Shown: positions 1 through 13,690, numbered from the stretch's first letter. The stretch: 64,000 nucleotides of DNA from Eledone cirrhosa (GCA_964016885.1 CAXHJY010001150.1:124001-188000), one strand, 5' to 3'. Numbers and translations are program-made. The notes: generated from the letters alone by a model not told the origin.

Positions 1-3000
1 TCCCCCGTCTAACCTTCCCCCGTCTAACCTTTCTCCCGTCTAACCATTCCCCCGTCTAACCTCTCCCCCGTCTAACCTTTCCTCCGCCTAACCTTTCCCC
101 CGTCTAACCTTTCCCCCGCCTAACCTTTCCCCCGTCTAACCTTTCCCCCGTCTAACCTTCCCCCGTCTAACCTTTCTCCCGTCTAACCATTCCCCCGTCT
201 AACCTTTCCCCCGTCTAACCTTTCCCCCGTCTAACCTTTCTCCCGTCTAACCATTCCCCCGTCTAACCTTTCCCCCGTCTAACCTTTCCCCCGTCTAACC
301 TTTCCCCCGCCTAACCTTTCTCCCGTCTAACCATTCCCCCGTCTAACCTTTCCCCCGTCTAACCTTTCCCCCGTCTAACCTTTCCCCCGTCTAACCTTCC
401 CCCGTCTAACCTTTCTCCCGTCTAACCATTCCCCCGTCTAACCTTTCCCCCGTCTAACCTTTCCCCCGTCTAACCTTTCTCCCGTCTAACCATTCCCCCG
501 TCTAACCTTTCCCCCGTCTAACCTTTCCCCCGTCTAACCTTTCTCCCGTCTAACCATTCCCCCGTCTAACCTTTCCCCCGTCTAACCTTTCCCCCGTCTA
601 ACCTTTCCCCCGTCTAACCTTTCCCCCGCCTAACCTTTCTCCCGTCTAACCATTCCCCCGTCTAACCTCTCCCCCGTCTAACCTTTCCTCCGCCTAACCT
701 TTCCCCCGTCTAACCTTTCTCCCGTCTAACCATTCCCCCGTCTAACCTTTCCCCCGTCTAACCTTTCTCCCGTCTAACCATTCCCCCGTCTAACCTTTCC
801 CCCGTCTAACCTTTCCCCCGTCTAACCTTTCCCCCGCCTAACCTTTCCCCCGTCTAACCTTTCCCCCGTCTAACCTTTCCCCCGCCTAACCTTTCCCCCG
901 TCTAACCTTTCCCCCGTCTAACCTTCCCCCGTCTAACCTTTCTCCCGTCTAACCATTCCCCCGTCTAACCTTTCCCCCGTCTAACCTTTCCCCCGCCTAA
1001 CCTTTCCCCAGTCTAACCTTTCCTCTGCCTAACCATTCCCCCGTCTAACCTTTCCTCTGCCTAACCATTCCCCAGTCTAACCTTTCCTCTGCCTAACCAT
1101 TCCCCCGTCTAACCTTTCCTCTGCCTAACCATTCCCCCGTCTAACCTTTCCCCCGTCTAACCTTTCCTCTGCCTAACCTTTCCCCCGTCTAACCTTTCCT
1201 CCGTCTAACCTCTCCCCCGTCTAACCTTTCCTCTGCCTAACCATTCCCCCGTCTAACCTTTCCCCCGTCTAACCTTTCCTCTGCCTAACCTTTCCCCCGT
1301 CTAACCTTTCCTCTGCCTAACCTTTCCCCCGTCTAACCTTTCCTCCGTCTAACCTCTCCCCCGTCTAACCTTTCCTCTGCCTAACCATTCCCCCGTCTAA
1401 CCTTTCCCCCGTCTAACCTTTCCTCTGCCTAACCTTTCCTCCGTCTAACCTCTCCCCCGTCTAACCTTTCCCCCGTCTAACCTTTCCTCCGTCTAACCTC
1501 TCCCCCGTCTAACCTTTCCTCTGCCTAACCATTCCCCCGTCTAACCTTTCCCCCGTCTAACCTTTCCTCTGCCTAACCTTTCCCCCGTCTAACCTTTCCT
1601 CTGCCTAACCTTTCCCCCGTCTAACCTTTTCTCCGTCTAACCTCACCCCCGTCTACCCTTTCCTCTGCCTAACCATTCCCCCGTCTAACCTTTCCTCTGC
1701 CTAACCATTCCCCCGTCTAACCTTTCCTCTGCCTAACCATTCCCCCGTCTAACCTTTCCTCTGCCTAACCTTTCCCCCGTCTAACCTTTCCTCTGCCTAA
1801 CCATTCCCCCGTCTAACCTTTCCCCCGTCTAACCTTTCCTCCGTCTAACCTCTCCCCCGTCTAACCTTTCCTCTGCCTAACCTTTCCCCCGTCTAACCTT
1901 TCCTCTGCCTAACCATTCCCCCGTCTAACCTTTCCCCCGTCTAACCTTTCCTCCGTCTAACCTTTCCCCCGTCTAACCTTTCCTCTGCCTAACCTTTCCC
2001 CCGTCTAACCTTTCCTCCGTCTAACCTCTCCCCCGTCTAACCTTTCCTCTGCCTAACCATTCCCCCGTCTAACCTTTCCCCCGTCTAACCTTTCCTCTGC
2101 CTAACCTTTCCTCCGTCTAACCTCTCCCCCGTCTAACCTTTCCTCTGCCTAACCTTTCCCCCGTCTAACCTTTCCTCTGCCTAACCTTTCCTCTGCCTAA
2201 CCTTTCCCCCGTCTAACCTTTCCTCTGCCTAACCTTTCCTCTGCCTAACCTTTCCCCCGTCTAACCTTTCCTCTGCCTAACCTTTCCTCTGCCTAACCAT
2301 TCCCCCGTCTAACCTTTCCCCCGTCTAACCTTTCCTCTGCCTAACCTTTCCTCTGCCTAACCATTCCCCCGTCTAACCTTTCCCCCGTCTAACCTTTCCT
2401 CTGCCTAACCTTTCCCCCGTCTAACCTTTCCTCTGCCTAACCTTTCCCCCGTCTAACCTTTCCTCCGTCTAACCTCTCCCCCGTCTAACCTTTCCTCTGC
2501 CTAACCATTCCCCCGTCTAACCTTTCCCCCGTGTAACCTTTCCTCTGCCTAACCTTTCCTCCGTCTAACCTCTCCCCCGTCTAACCTTTCCTCTGCCTAA
2601 CCTTTCCCCCGTCTAACCTTTCCTCTGCCTAACCTTTCCTCTGCCTAACCTTTCCCCCGTCTAACCTTTCCTCTGCCTAACCTTTCCCCAGTCTAACCTT
2701 TCCCCCGTCTAACCTTTCCTCCGTCTAACCTCTCCCCCGTCTAACCTTTCCTCTGCCTAACCATTCCCCCGTCTAACCTTTCCCCCGTCTAACCTTTCCT
2801 CTGCCTAACCTTTCCCCAGTCTAACCTTTCCCCCGTCTAACCTTTCCTCCGTCTAACCTCTCCCCCGTCTAACCTTTCCTCTGCCTAACCATTCCCCCGT
2901 CTAACCTTTCCCCCGTCTAACCTTTCCTCTGCCTAACCTTTCCCCCGTCTAACCTTTCCTCTGCCTAACCTTTCCCCCGTCTAACCTTTCCTCCGTCTAA

Positions 3001-3060
3001 CCTCTCCCCCGTCTAACCTCTCCCCCGTCTAACCTCTCCCCCGCCTAACCTTTCCTCCGT
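1..3060. repeat. 16-bp C-rich tandem satellite (consensus AACCTTTCCCCCGTCT), telomere-like CTAACC core
   Basis: Continuous ~190 units running off the window start. Variants CATTCCCCCGT, TTTCTCCCGT and TTTCCTCTGCC; the last appears only after ~1010. Confidence 0.95.
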
Positions 3061-3264
3061 CCAACCCACCAAGCTAACCATCTATCATCCACCCATCAAT
3101 ATCTACCCAACCATTCAACCATCAATCCACCCCCAACCCATCCATACATCTAATCCCCATCCACTCCCCCGCCACACTTCCTCCTCCCTTCATCTATTGA
3201 GTTACTATTTTTTTTTTTCATCTTTCTTTTTCTTTCTCTTTTTCATTTTCTCCATTCACAACTG

Positions 3265-4435
3265 AACTCTCACCACTCCCAAACTCCCACCACGCTCATC
3301 ACTCCCAACCCAACTCCCACCACTCCCACAACTCCTACAACTCACACCACTCCCAACTCATCTCCCACCACTCCCAACTCAACTCTCACCACTCCCAAAC
3401 TCCCACCACGCTCATCACTCCCAACCCAACTCCCACCACTCCCACAACTCCTACAACTCACACCACTCCCAACTCATCTCCCACCACTCCCAACTCAACT
3501 CTCACCACTCCCAAACTCCCACCACGCTCATCACTCCCAACCCAACTCCCACCACTCCCACAACTCCTACAACTCACACCACTCCCAACTCATCTCCCAC
3601 CACTCCCAACTCAACTCTCACCACTCCCAAACTCCCACCACGCTCATCACTCCCAACCCAACTCCCACCACTCCCACAACTCCTACAACTCCTACAACTC
3701 CCACCACTCCCAACTCATCTCCCACCACTCCCAACTCAACTCTCACCACTCCCAAACTCCCACCACGCTCATCACTCCCAACCCAACTCCCACCACTCCC
3801 ACCACTCCCACAACTCCTACAACTCCCACCACTCCCAACTCATCTCCCACCACTCCCAAACTCCCACCACGCTCATCACTCCCAACTCAACTCCCACCAC
3901 TCCCACAACTCCTACAACTCCCACCACTCCCAACTCATCTCCCACCACTCCCACCACTCCCACCACTCCCACCATCCCCACGACTCCCACAACTCCCACC
4001 ACTCCTAACTCAACTCCTACCGCTCCCAACTCAACTCCCACTACTCGCACCACTCCCACCACTCGCACCACTCCCACCACTCCCACCACTCCCAACTCAA
4101 CTCACACCACTCTCAACTCAACTCCAACCACTCACAACTCCACTCCCACCACTCCTACCACTCCTAACTCAACTCCCACTACTCCCAACTCAACTCCCAC
4201 TACTCCCACCACTCCCACAACTCCCACAACTCCCAACTCAATTCCCACCACTCACACCACTTTCAACTCAACTCCCACCACTCCCAACTCAACTCTCACT
4301 ACTCCCACTACTCCCACCACTCCCACAACTCCCACAACTCCCAACTCAACTCCCACCACTCCTAACTCAACTCACCACTCCCACCACTCCAACCACTCCC
4401 AACTCAACTCCCACCACTCTCACCTCAACTCTACT
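3265..4435. repeat. C/A-rich repeat built of ACTCCC/ACC subunits with a 116-bp higher-order unit that decays rightwards
   Basis: AACTCTCACCACTCCCAAACTCC recurs at 3265, 3381, 3497 and 3613 (116-bp spacing), then at 3738. Confidence 0.9.
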
Positions 4436-4654
4436 TCAATATATAACAAATACATTTGTCCTCTTGGCCCCTTCCAGCTCCTTATGTGTAGATTGTGACC
4501 TCCTCTACATCGGTTAACCTCATCACCATCATACGTATCTTTTGGGGAGGATGGTTCTTTTACGATCAACTACCCAGAAGAAGTTCGTCAACAGGTATAT
4601 AGGAATGCCATAACCTTCAGGACTATATCCAACGCAACAAGAAAGCCAGCTCAA

Positions 4655-5932
4655 ATGACAGAAAGTCAATTGACAGAAAGTCAAATTGAGCTGGTTCTGA
4701 AAGACATAAAAAAAGACATACGCTTTATTGAAAGAGGAAAGCTGTATGCCAGCATTATGGTCCGAATGAAGGACGAAATGCTGGCTCAAAAATGCTCGGT
4801 GGCACCTATAGTGTCACCACAATACACCTTCTTCCCTACATATAAAGGAAGAAGAACACAAAGACTAAGAATGTGGAGCTCAACGCCAGAAGTAAACATC
4901 TGGTCCGTCCTGACAGGATTCACGGACCTAGAAAAGGACATCCTAATATCAGCAGGTGAGTCCACCCGTGGACTGTTCGGGGGGGGGGGGGGGGGAAGTC
5001 TGGAGCTTCTCTTACAGATGACACCTGAGAGAATCGCCGGAATACCCGACCGAGTACTACTGGATGGTCGAACCTTTATTAATATTACGGTGGAAGGTCA
5101 CCTGAGGACTGCCTGCCCTCTACTAACAACAAAAAAAACACTTCTACAAACACCACAACAACAACAAAAACAACCAGCACTACCACCACAAAAACAACAA
5201 AATACACCACCATCACCACCACCACCACAACGACAACAAAAACCAACAACACCACCTCCAGCACCACCACCACAACAACAACAGCTCAAGATAACAACCC
5301 CAAAACACGGTCCCACAGAACACAAATACAAAAACACACGCAGTGCATACACAACCTGGCAATATACCCCTCCCCTCCAATACGGAAGAGGAGCTCATAT
5401 CTTCGGAAGACGAGGGGGCTCCCTTCCAAAAAGTCAAAAGGAAAAAACGTACACACCACACAAACAAAAATAACCCCACCTGACAACACAACACAGACAA
5501 CAAAACGCAAGCTCACTCAAGAACAACAAGCAAAAACAAACACAACAACACAAAAACTCTACACATACATAAACAAAAACAATAAAAACTTAACAGAAAA
5601 AATAGACAACAACCCTTCGGTTTGTACCGAAGGGCCGAATTTTGCAATGGCAATGGGACTCCCTAACCTGAAAATGGTGAAAGTCCCACTTGACATTTTC
5701 AAAACATTGAAAAACATTTACCCTGAGGACGTGGGGCCACCCTGCACCAGGCCACTCAACCGCGACCTCCTGAAAGGTTTTCCCATCCTCAAACACCCAC
5801 ACAATTCCAAACACCCCAACCCCTCCACACACTAATACCCCCACACCACCACAAATAACCACCCCACCCAACAACCCCTCCACCACCCCCATGGAAACTG
5901 AGCAGCCCGGACCCCGGGACGCAGAGAGGTAA
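4655..5932 (+). pseudogene. LINE ORF1 (gag-like), disrupted
   Basis: 272-aa ORF with a half zinc knuckle (ITVEGHLRTACP) and a Pro/Gln/Thr-rich linker. Fragments continue to METEQPGPRDAER-TAA (5891-5932), just upstream of the ORF2 ATG. Confidence 0.65.
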
Positions 5933-5955
5933 GTGCCTCTTTCTTTACCACCAAC

Positions 5956-8900
5956 ATGGCTGTGTTAAGAGTAGGTTGTCTAAATGCGCGTGGCCTGGGC
6001 TCACCTTGGAAGCAAGCTAAACTTCTAAATGACCTCAGGTCACGATGTATAAATGTGATGGTTATTTGCGAGGCCCGGATCAGCAGCGTGCGACAGCTAG
6101 CCCACCACCTTTGATGACTTTGAGATGCACGCATCTCTCTGTCAGCCCGGAGATGGGGGTGGGGTTGTCGTTCTGCTTCAAAAACATCTGGGTCTCGCTA
6201 CTCAAACGGTACACTTGGACCCGGAGGGTCGACTCGTGGTTCTGGACCTTGGCAGTGGTGAAGGCGAAGCTTTTAGGCTTGTCGCCGTTTACGCCCCTTT
6301 TGGAGCAATGCGGTCGGACTTCTTCCATCGTCTGGAGACTTTTCTAGGGACGTCCCGCTCCTTGCTTTTAGTGGGGTACTGGAATGGTTTCCTAGATGCA
6401 CGTTGGGACTATGTAGGGGCATGTCCCGATAGAGGGGGGTGTAACAGCCTCAAGGGGTTAATCGGCCGATTTGATCTGGCCGATAGATATCGACTAGATT
6501 TTCCGACTGTGCCAACCTGGACTTGAACAAATCATAGCAGCCAATCTAGATCGTACCTAGATAGGTTCTTAGTTAGAATTAAGGATTGGGACTTTTTAAG
6601 TTGTCCAGAAATTCTCATGGTGGGCTATTCAGACCACAAGTTAGTGACCTGCGTAGTCCACCTTGATAGAACGCATAGGCAGGGACCCGGTTACTGGAAG
6701 CTCAACTTGTCCTTACCGGCAAGTAGAGCTTACAGGGACCGGATTAGAACCTTAGTTAAGGAGCGGTTGACGGGCGTCATCGTCAACAGCAGGTGGTGGG
6801 GCTCTCTAAAAAGAGAGATTAGAGTAGTTTCAATAGGAGTTAGTAAGGAGTTAGCCTCAGATAGAAATAGGAAGGAAAGGGAGTTGGTAGTTAATGTTGA
6901 AGAGGCAATGAGAAGCGGCAACGTGGCCAGAGTGCAAGCGTCGAGAACGGCCTTGAGCCAGTTCTTCGACGCGAAACACGAAGGCTGCGTTGTCCGAAGC
7001 AAAATACGTGCTCTGGGAAACGAGGGGACCAAAGCTGTTAGCTGGACCCGCGTGACAGAAGCCAAAAGTGGGATTAGATCCACTATCCGGTCTTTGCGAG
7101 ACCAGGATGGACGGGTGATCCTTGAACCTAAGCAAATGTGCGAGGCCTTTCAAAGGCGCTGTGCCCGATTGTTCAGGAGGGGAGGGGGGCCGGTTGGAGA
7201 TGTGGATTTCGGTCCATACCTCGACGGCCTGCCGCGTCTTTCGGACAAGGAGGCTAGGTCCTGCGACGGGCCGATCTCAGCTGCTGAAATAGGAGACGTG
7301 CTGAGCCTATGCGGCAAACGCAAATCTCCAGGGCTCGATGGTCTGCTCTACGAACTATATATTAATATGCCGGACTTGTTCCCCGATCTCCTCGAGGCGG
7401 TCTACTGCAACTGGCAACAGAACGGGTGAATTCCCTGTTCTGTGACCAAGGGCGTAGTCTCGCTAGTGAGGAAGGACGAGAACAAGGGGGATGACATTAG
7501 TAATTTTAGGCCCATAACTCTGCTAAATGCAGAGTTAAAGATTTTGGCCAAGGTGTTAGCGAAGAGGTTGGCGCTTGTCGTGGGGGGCCTGGTGGGAGAT
7601 GCGCAGACATGCGCTATCCCGTCCAGGTCCATCCACGACAACCTCCACCTCAGGCGATACATCATAGAGAGGGTTGGGAACGAACCCGGCTTTGGTGGGG
7701 CCCTGATAAATTTAGATCAGTCTAAAGCGTTCGATAGGGTGGACCATGGTTACCTGGATGCGATGCTAGCGGCGGCTGGTTTCGGACCCGTTTCAGGGGC
7801 TGGATCACTGCCATGCACAGCAACCGCATCTGCTCTAGAGTCAAGGTGAACGGCTACCTCTCGGAGCCGTTCGAAATCACCCGCTCCATCCAACAGGGGT
7901 GCCCTCTCTCCTCCCTTCTGTATGTATTGGCTCTCGAGCCACTACTGCGGAAGTTGGAGTTGTTGCAGGGCATCCCTTTGGAACCGGGATTGCGCAAAGC
8001 GGTGTCGGCCTACGCCGATGACGTAACAGTTATGGTGTCGACCACCGCGGAAATCGAGGCAATCGGCACCTTACTGGAGGAGTACGAAAGGTTGACAGGG
8101 GCTAAGCTGAACCGGGACAAGTCAGTCGCTTTGCAATTCGGCGAGTGGAGGGGCAAAGCGATGCCCTCCGATTGCGTCGTCGGACGCCGGACGGAGGGCC
8201 CGGTGAAGTTGCTTGGGGTCTGGCTCGGACTGGACCTCCAGGTGGAGAAAAACTGGAGTGAGGTGACGAATAGGGTGTTTGCACTGACCCAGAAGTGAGC
8301 CGAGTGCAAACTATCCCTGAAAGGTCGGGCGGAGGTGGCGAACGCTTACATAGCGTCCGTCATCTATTACCGCTTGACTATCGTGCCTTGCCCGAGTGAG
8401 ATCCTCGCCAAAATGGAGCGCGCCCTCTTTTATTTCCTTTGGAAGAAGAGGTCTCCTCTGGTGAGGAGATCCATCTGCTGTCAACACCCTTTGAAAGGAG
8501 GGCTGGGGATGCCGTGGCTAAAAATGCGTAAACACGCATTGAGGCTAAGGCCCCTCCAGGTATTCCTCACCGGTCAACCGGTGTGGGCTCCGTTTGTGAG
8601 GCGAGCCTTCCCGAGGCTCGTCTCGCTCACCGAGCTGCAGTCCTGGGTGAAGCAAAGACCGAGAAAACTGGGCGACTGGCACACCGAGTGTGCCCAGGCG
8701 CTCACGGCTCTCTGACAGGCGGACCCGGCTATCCATGGAGACTCCACCTCGTCATTCTATAGAGGGCTGGTGGTTAGTAGGTGCGACGACGCCCTCGGAG
8801 AAGCCCTAGGCATGGAGGAGGACGAACTGGCCAGTCTATTCGGTAGGACTTTCGGCCCGGGACCTATGGACAACTTCCAGAAGTCCTTGGCCTGGCAGTG

Positions 8901-9395
8901 CTACCGAGGGGCTCTGCCCGTTCGGGATAAGCTCTACAGACACGGGCGCCGGGGTAGGGGGACCCCTCGAAAAAGATCTGTCCCAGATGCGTGCGCGACG
9001 AGGAAACCGTCGCGCACGCATTGGTGCACTGCCCGGGCGTTGCCGATCTGTGGGGCTATGTCGAACAACTGCTGTCACGGGTGGGACCAATTAGGTTGAT
9101 CACCGAATCCATTGTAACGATCAAGCCGCCTCCCCCCTTCAAAAATGAAGGAGAGGCGGTCTTCCTCTGTGTAATAGCCATGGTAAAAGAGGTTATATGG
9201 TGGACGCGTCTGAAAGGGCTGAGGTCGGACACCTTTCTCTCCGGCCAACAACTGGTCCTTTTCTTCCGATACCATTTCGGAAGAAGGATCAGGATGGAGA
9301 GAGAGGTGCTCCACTCCAGCCAGTTTTATGAAAGGTGGGTGAAAGTTGCGAGAATGGCCCGTGTGAATAGGCCTTCTCTCTACCTCAGCCTGTAG
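5956..9395 (+). pseudogene. LINE ORF2: apurinic endonuclease + reverse transcriptase + C-terminal Cys/His motif, with stops and frameshifts
   Basis: Starts MAVLRVGCLNARGL at 5956. APE: GRLVVLD, AVYAP, SDHKLV, GPGYWKLN. RT: KSPGLDGL, NFRPITLLNAELKILAK, DQSKAFDRVDH, QGCPLS, AYADD. C-terminus: CPRC..EETVAHALVHC. In-frame TGA at 6524, 7427, 8296 and 8713; frameshifts near 6110, 7790 and 8970. Confidence 0.93.
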
Positions 9396-9984
9396 GTGGA
9401 AAAGGAAGAAGGGAGCACCCTCTCTTTGTGCTCCCGTGGAGAAGGGTCGCACATTTTTTTCGGGGGTGTGTGTGACCCCAAAACGATCCCTCCCTATTGA
9501 GGACCTTCTTGTTAAAATTTTACTTATTACATTTTTCTTACTCGATTTTTATGTAAACTCCCCCCACCCATGTACATGTCCCTTTCTTTTGTGCCCTAGT
9601 GGCAAATAAACAGAAATTTGTCTGTCTAGCTATCTGTCCGTCTCTCTGTCCGCCTGTCTGTCTGCTTCCCTGTCATAAGCTTGCTTGCTTTACACTTCAC
9701 TCAATTACATGCCACACTCCAGTTTCTTTCATAACTTTTACTCCATTCATCTACCTTCCTTCGCCATGTCATTCAGCCCAGCAGCCATTTGTCTATTTAT
9801 TTATTTAATTATTTAGCTATTTATTTATTTGGCTGGTTGGTTGTGTGTTGTGTGTTATGTGTTGTGTGTTGTGTGTTGTTATGTTTTACTTTGTTTTCTA
9901 TAGTATGCCTCTGTGGTTGTGCATTTCTTTTCAGGTTTTTTCAAGGAAAAAAATCCGAATATCCATCACAATACACACACAAGT

Positions 9985-10385
<401 letters not shown>

Positions 10386-10639
10386 TCACACACACATTCT
10401 TTGTTAATCGTTTGTATATTTAATGTGTTTAGTTTACTTAACAAGCCCCACCAAGTTGTCTCCTCGTTGTCGGTGGTGGTATTGTGTTTTACATAATATG
10501 ACAGATAACATCTTGTCAGTTAATGTTCAACCATGACCTTATAACCTCATCATAATCAGCTCTTCCGTTGTTTTCTATATATTCTTTTATATCATAGTTA
10601 CCTCCCTTCTTTATATCACTTCTATTGACCACCGCTTCC

Positions 10640-10908
10640 TCTGTCTCTCTGTGTGTGTATGTATGTATATGTATGTGTGTGTGTTTCTGTTTGTATATGT
10701 GTGTGCGAGTGCGTGTGTTTCTGTCTGTATGTGTGCCTCCCTGTCTCTGTTTCTCTCTCTCTGTTTGTGTGTGTATGTGTATCTGTGTGTGTATGTTGTG
10801 CATGTGTGTTCGTGTGTGTGTGTGGAGTGTGTCTGTGTGCCTCTCTGTGTGTATGTTTTTATGTGTGTGTGCATGCGTGTCTGTCTATCAGTTTGTCCGT
10901 GTGTGTAT

Positions 10909-10952
<44 letters not shown>

Positions 10953-11026
10953 TGTGGTGTGTGTCTCTCTGTGTGTATGTTTTTATGTGTGTGTGCATCC
11001 GTGCCTGTCTATCAGTTTGTCCGTGT

Positions 11027-11078
<52 letters not shown>

Positions 11079-11148
11079 GTGTGTGTCTCTCTGTGTGTAT
11101 GTTTTTATGTGTGTGTGCATTCGTGCCTGTCTATCAGTTTGTCCGTGT

Positions 11149-11179
<31 letters not shown>

Positions 11180-11382
11180 GTGTGGTGTGTGTCTCTCTGT
11201 GTGTATGTTTTTATGTGTGTGTGCATTCGTGCCTGTCTATCAGTTTGTCCGTGTGTGTATGTGTGTGTGTGTTTGTGTGTGCGTGTGTCTGTGTGTGTAT
11301 GTGTGGTGTGCTGTGTGTCTCTCTGTGTGTATGTTTTTATGTGTGTGTGCATGTGTGTCTGTCTATCAGTTTGTCCGCGTGC

Positions 11383-11441
<59 letters not shown>
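10640..11441. repeat. GT-rich compound minisatellite (~110-125 bp unit containing CTGTCTATCAGTTTGTCCGTG)
   Basis: The motif recurs about 5 times (10880-11380) among (GT)n runs. Confidence 0.85.
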
Positions 11442-11445
<4 letters not shown>

Positions 11446-11449
11446 GGTG

Positions 11450-11520
11450 CAGAATGCCGAATGGCTAAGATGTTCGCCTCGCAATCATTAGGTGCCAGAT
11501 TCGATTCTACTGAATGACAT
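11450..11520 (+). mobile_element. Degenerate tRNA-derived SINE head
   Basis: A-box-like GCCGAATGGCTAAG and B-box-like GATTCGATTC. Confidence 0.4.
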
Positions 11521-11834
11521 GTTTCCTTGTGGTTGGTTGAATGATATCCACACCTGATGAGGAGTCAATAAAATCCGAAAATCGATTAAAGATATTTGTC
11601 ATTTGTTCAATTTAAGAGGAAATTCTTATTTTCTGGCATGTTTACATTCCTACAAATTACATATGTGCATATATTTATACACGTTGGGGCAGTTTGTATT
11701 TATGTAGATATAATTTATATCATATACTTCGGCTGCTACATTTCATATATATAATTATAAACTGTATGTTATCAATTCCGGCTGACAAAAACTTTCGGAA
11801 GAGTTTACAGTATAAAGAGGCCGAACATATGTCC

Positions 11835-13690
11835 AAATATAGAGTATTAGAGATAGATACAGGCTATAGAGCTTTAAAGATAGAGATAGAATATAGAGCT
11901 TTAGAGATAGAGATAGAATATAGAGCTTTAGAGATAGAGATAGAATATAGAACTTTAGAGATAAAGATAGAATATAGAGCTTTAGAAATAGAGATATACT
12001 ATAGAGCTTTAGAGATAATCTATAGAGCTTTAGACATAGAGATAGAATATAGAGTTTTAGAGATAGAGATAGAATATAGAGCTTTAGAGATAGAGATAGA
12101 ATATAGAGCTTTAGAGATAGAGATAGAATATAGAGCTTTAGAGATAGAGATAGAATATAGAGCTTTAGAGATAGAGATAGACTATAGAGCTTTAGAGATA
12201 GAGATATACTATAGAGCTTTAGAGATAGAGATAGAATATAGAGCTTTAGAGATAGAGATAGAATATAGAGCTTTAGAGATAGAGATAGAGATAGAATATA
12301 GAGCTTTAGAGATAGAGATATACGATAGAACTTTAGAGATAGAGATAGAATATAGAGCTTTAGAGATAGAGATATACTATAGAGCTTTAGAGATAGAGAT
12401 AGAGATAGAATATAGAGCTTTAGAGATAGAGATATACGATATAGAACTTTAGAGATAGAGATACAATATAGAACTTTAGAGATAGAGATACAATATAGAG
12501 CTTTAGAGATAGAGATATAATATAGAACTTTAGAGATAGAGATACAATATAGAGCTTTAGAGATAGAGATATACGATAGAACTTTAGAGATAGAGATATA
12601 CTATAGAGCTTTAGAGATAGAGATATACGATAGAACTTTAGAGATAGAGATATACTATAGAGTTTTAGAGATAGAGATACAATATAGAGCTTTAGAGATA
12701 GAGATAGAATATAGAGCTTTAGAGATAGAGATACAATATAGAACTTTAGAGATAGAGATAGAATATAGAGCTTTAGAGATAGAGATAGAATATAGAGTTT
12801 TAGAGATAGAGATAGACTATAGAGCTTTAGAGATAGAGATATACTATAGAGTTTTAGAGATAGAGATAGTCTATATAGCTTTAGAGATAGAGATAGAGAT
12901 AGACTATAGAGCTTTAGACATAGAGATAGAATATAGAGTTTTAGAGATAGAGATATACTATAGAGCTTTAGAGACAGAGATAGAATATAGAGCTTTAGAG
13001 ATAGAGATATACTATAGAGCTTTAGAGATAGAGATAGAATATAGAGCTTTAGAGATAGAGATATACTATAGAGCTTTAGAGATAGAGATAGAATATAGAG
13101 CTTTAGAGAATGAGATAGACTATAGAGCTTTAGAGACAGAGATATACTATAGAGCTTTAGAGATAGAGATATACTATAGAGCTTTAGAGAATGATATAGA
13201 CTATAGAGCTTTAGAGACAGAGATAGACTCTAGAGCTTTAGAGACAGAGATATACTATAGAGCTTTAGAGATAGAGATATACTATAGAGCTTTAGAGAAT
13301 GATATAGACTATAGAGCTTTAGAGACAGAGATAGACTATAGAGCTTTAGAGAATGATATAGACTATAGAGCTTTAGAGACAGAGATATACTATAGTGCTT
13401 TAGAGATAGAGATAGAATATAGAGCTTTAGAGATAGCAATAGAATATAGAGCTTTAGAGATAGAGATAGACTATAGAGCTTTAGAGATAGAGATAGAATA
13501 TAGAGCTTCAGAGATAGAGATAGACTATAGAGCTTTAGAGATAGACTATAGAGCTTTAGTGATAGAGATAGAATATAGGGCTTTAGAGATATAGATATAG
13601 AAATAGATATTACTATAGATATACTATAGAGCTTTAGAGATAGACAGTAGAACTTTAGAGATAGAAATAGATAGTAGAGTTTTAAGGTTA
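11835..13690. repeat. 27-bp minisatellite (TATAGAGCTTTAGAGATAGAGATAGAA)
   Basis: Tandem units; these explain the spurious YRALEIEIE ORF. Confidence 0.95.

Larger units (their letters stand above)
4499..9620 (+). mobile_element. L1/Tx1-clade non-LTR retrotransposon, near full length, inactivated
   Basis: ORF1-like region, then ORF2 with APE, RT and C-terminal Zn motifs, a structured 3' UTR, AATAAA at ~9604 and a TCTG-like tract. The 5' boundary is uncertain. Confidence 0.9.

Noticed and set aside
5927-5935. Consensus splice donor AG|GTAAGT between ORF1 and ORF2
   Set aside because: It overlaps the presumed ORF1 stop codon and no acceptor or transcript evidence is visible.
6524-8715. In-frame TGA codons in LINE ORF2 as programmed readthrough
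   Set aside because: They co-occur with frameshifts and fit TGG/CGA>TGA decay.
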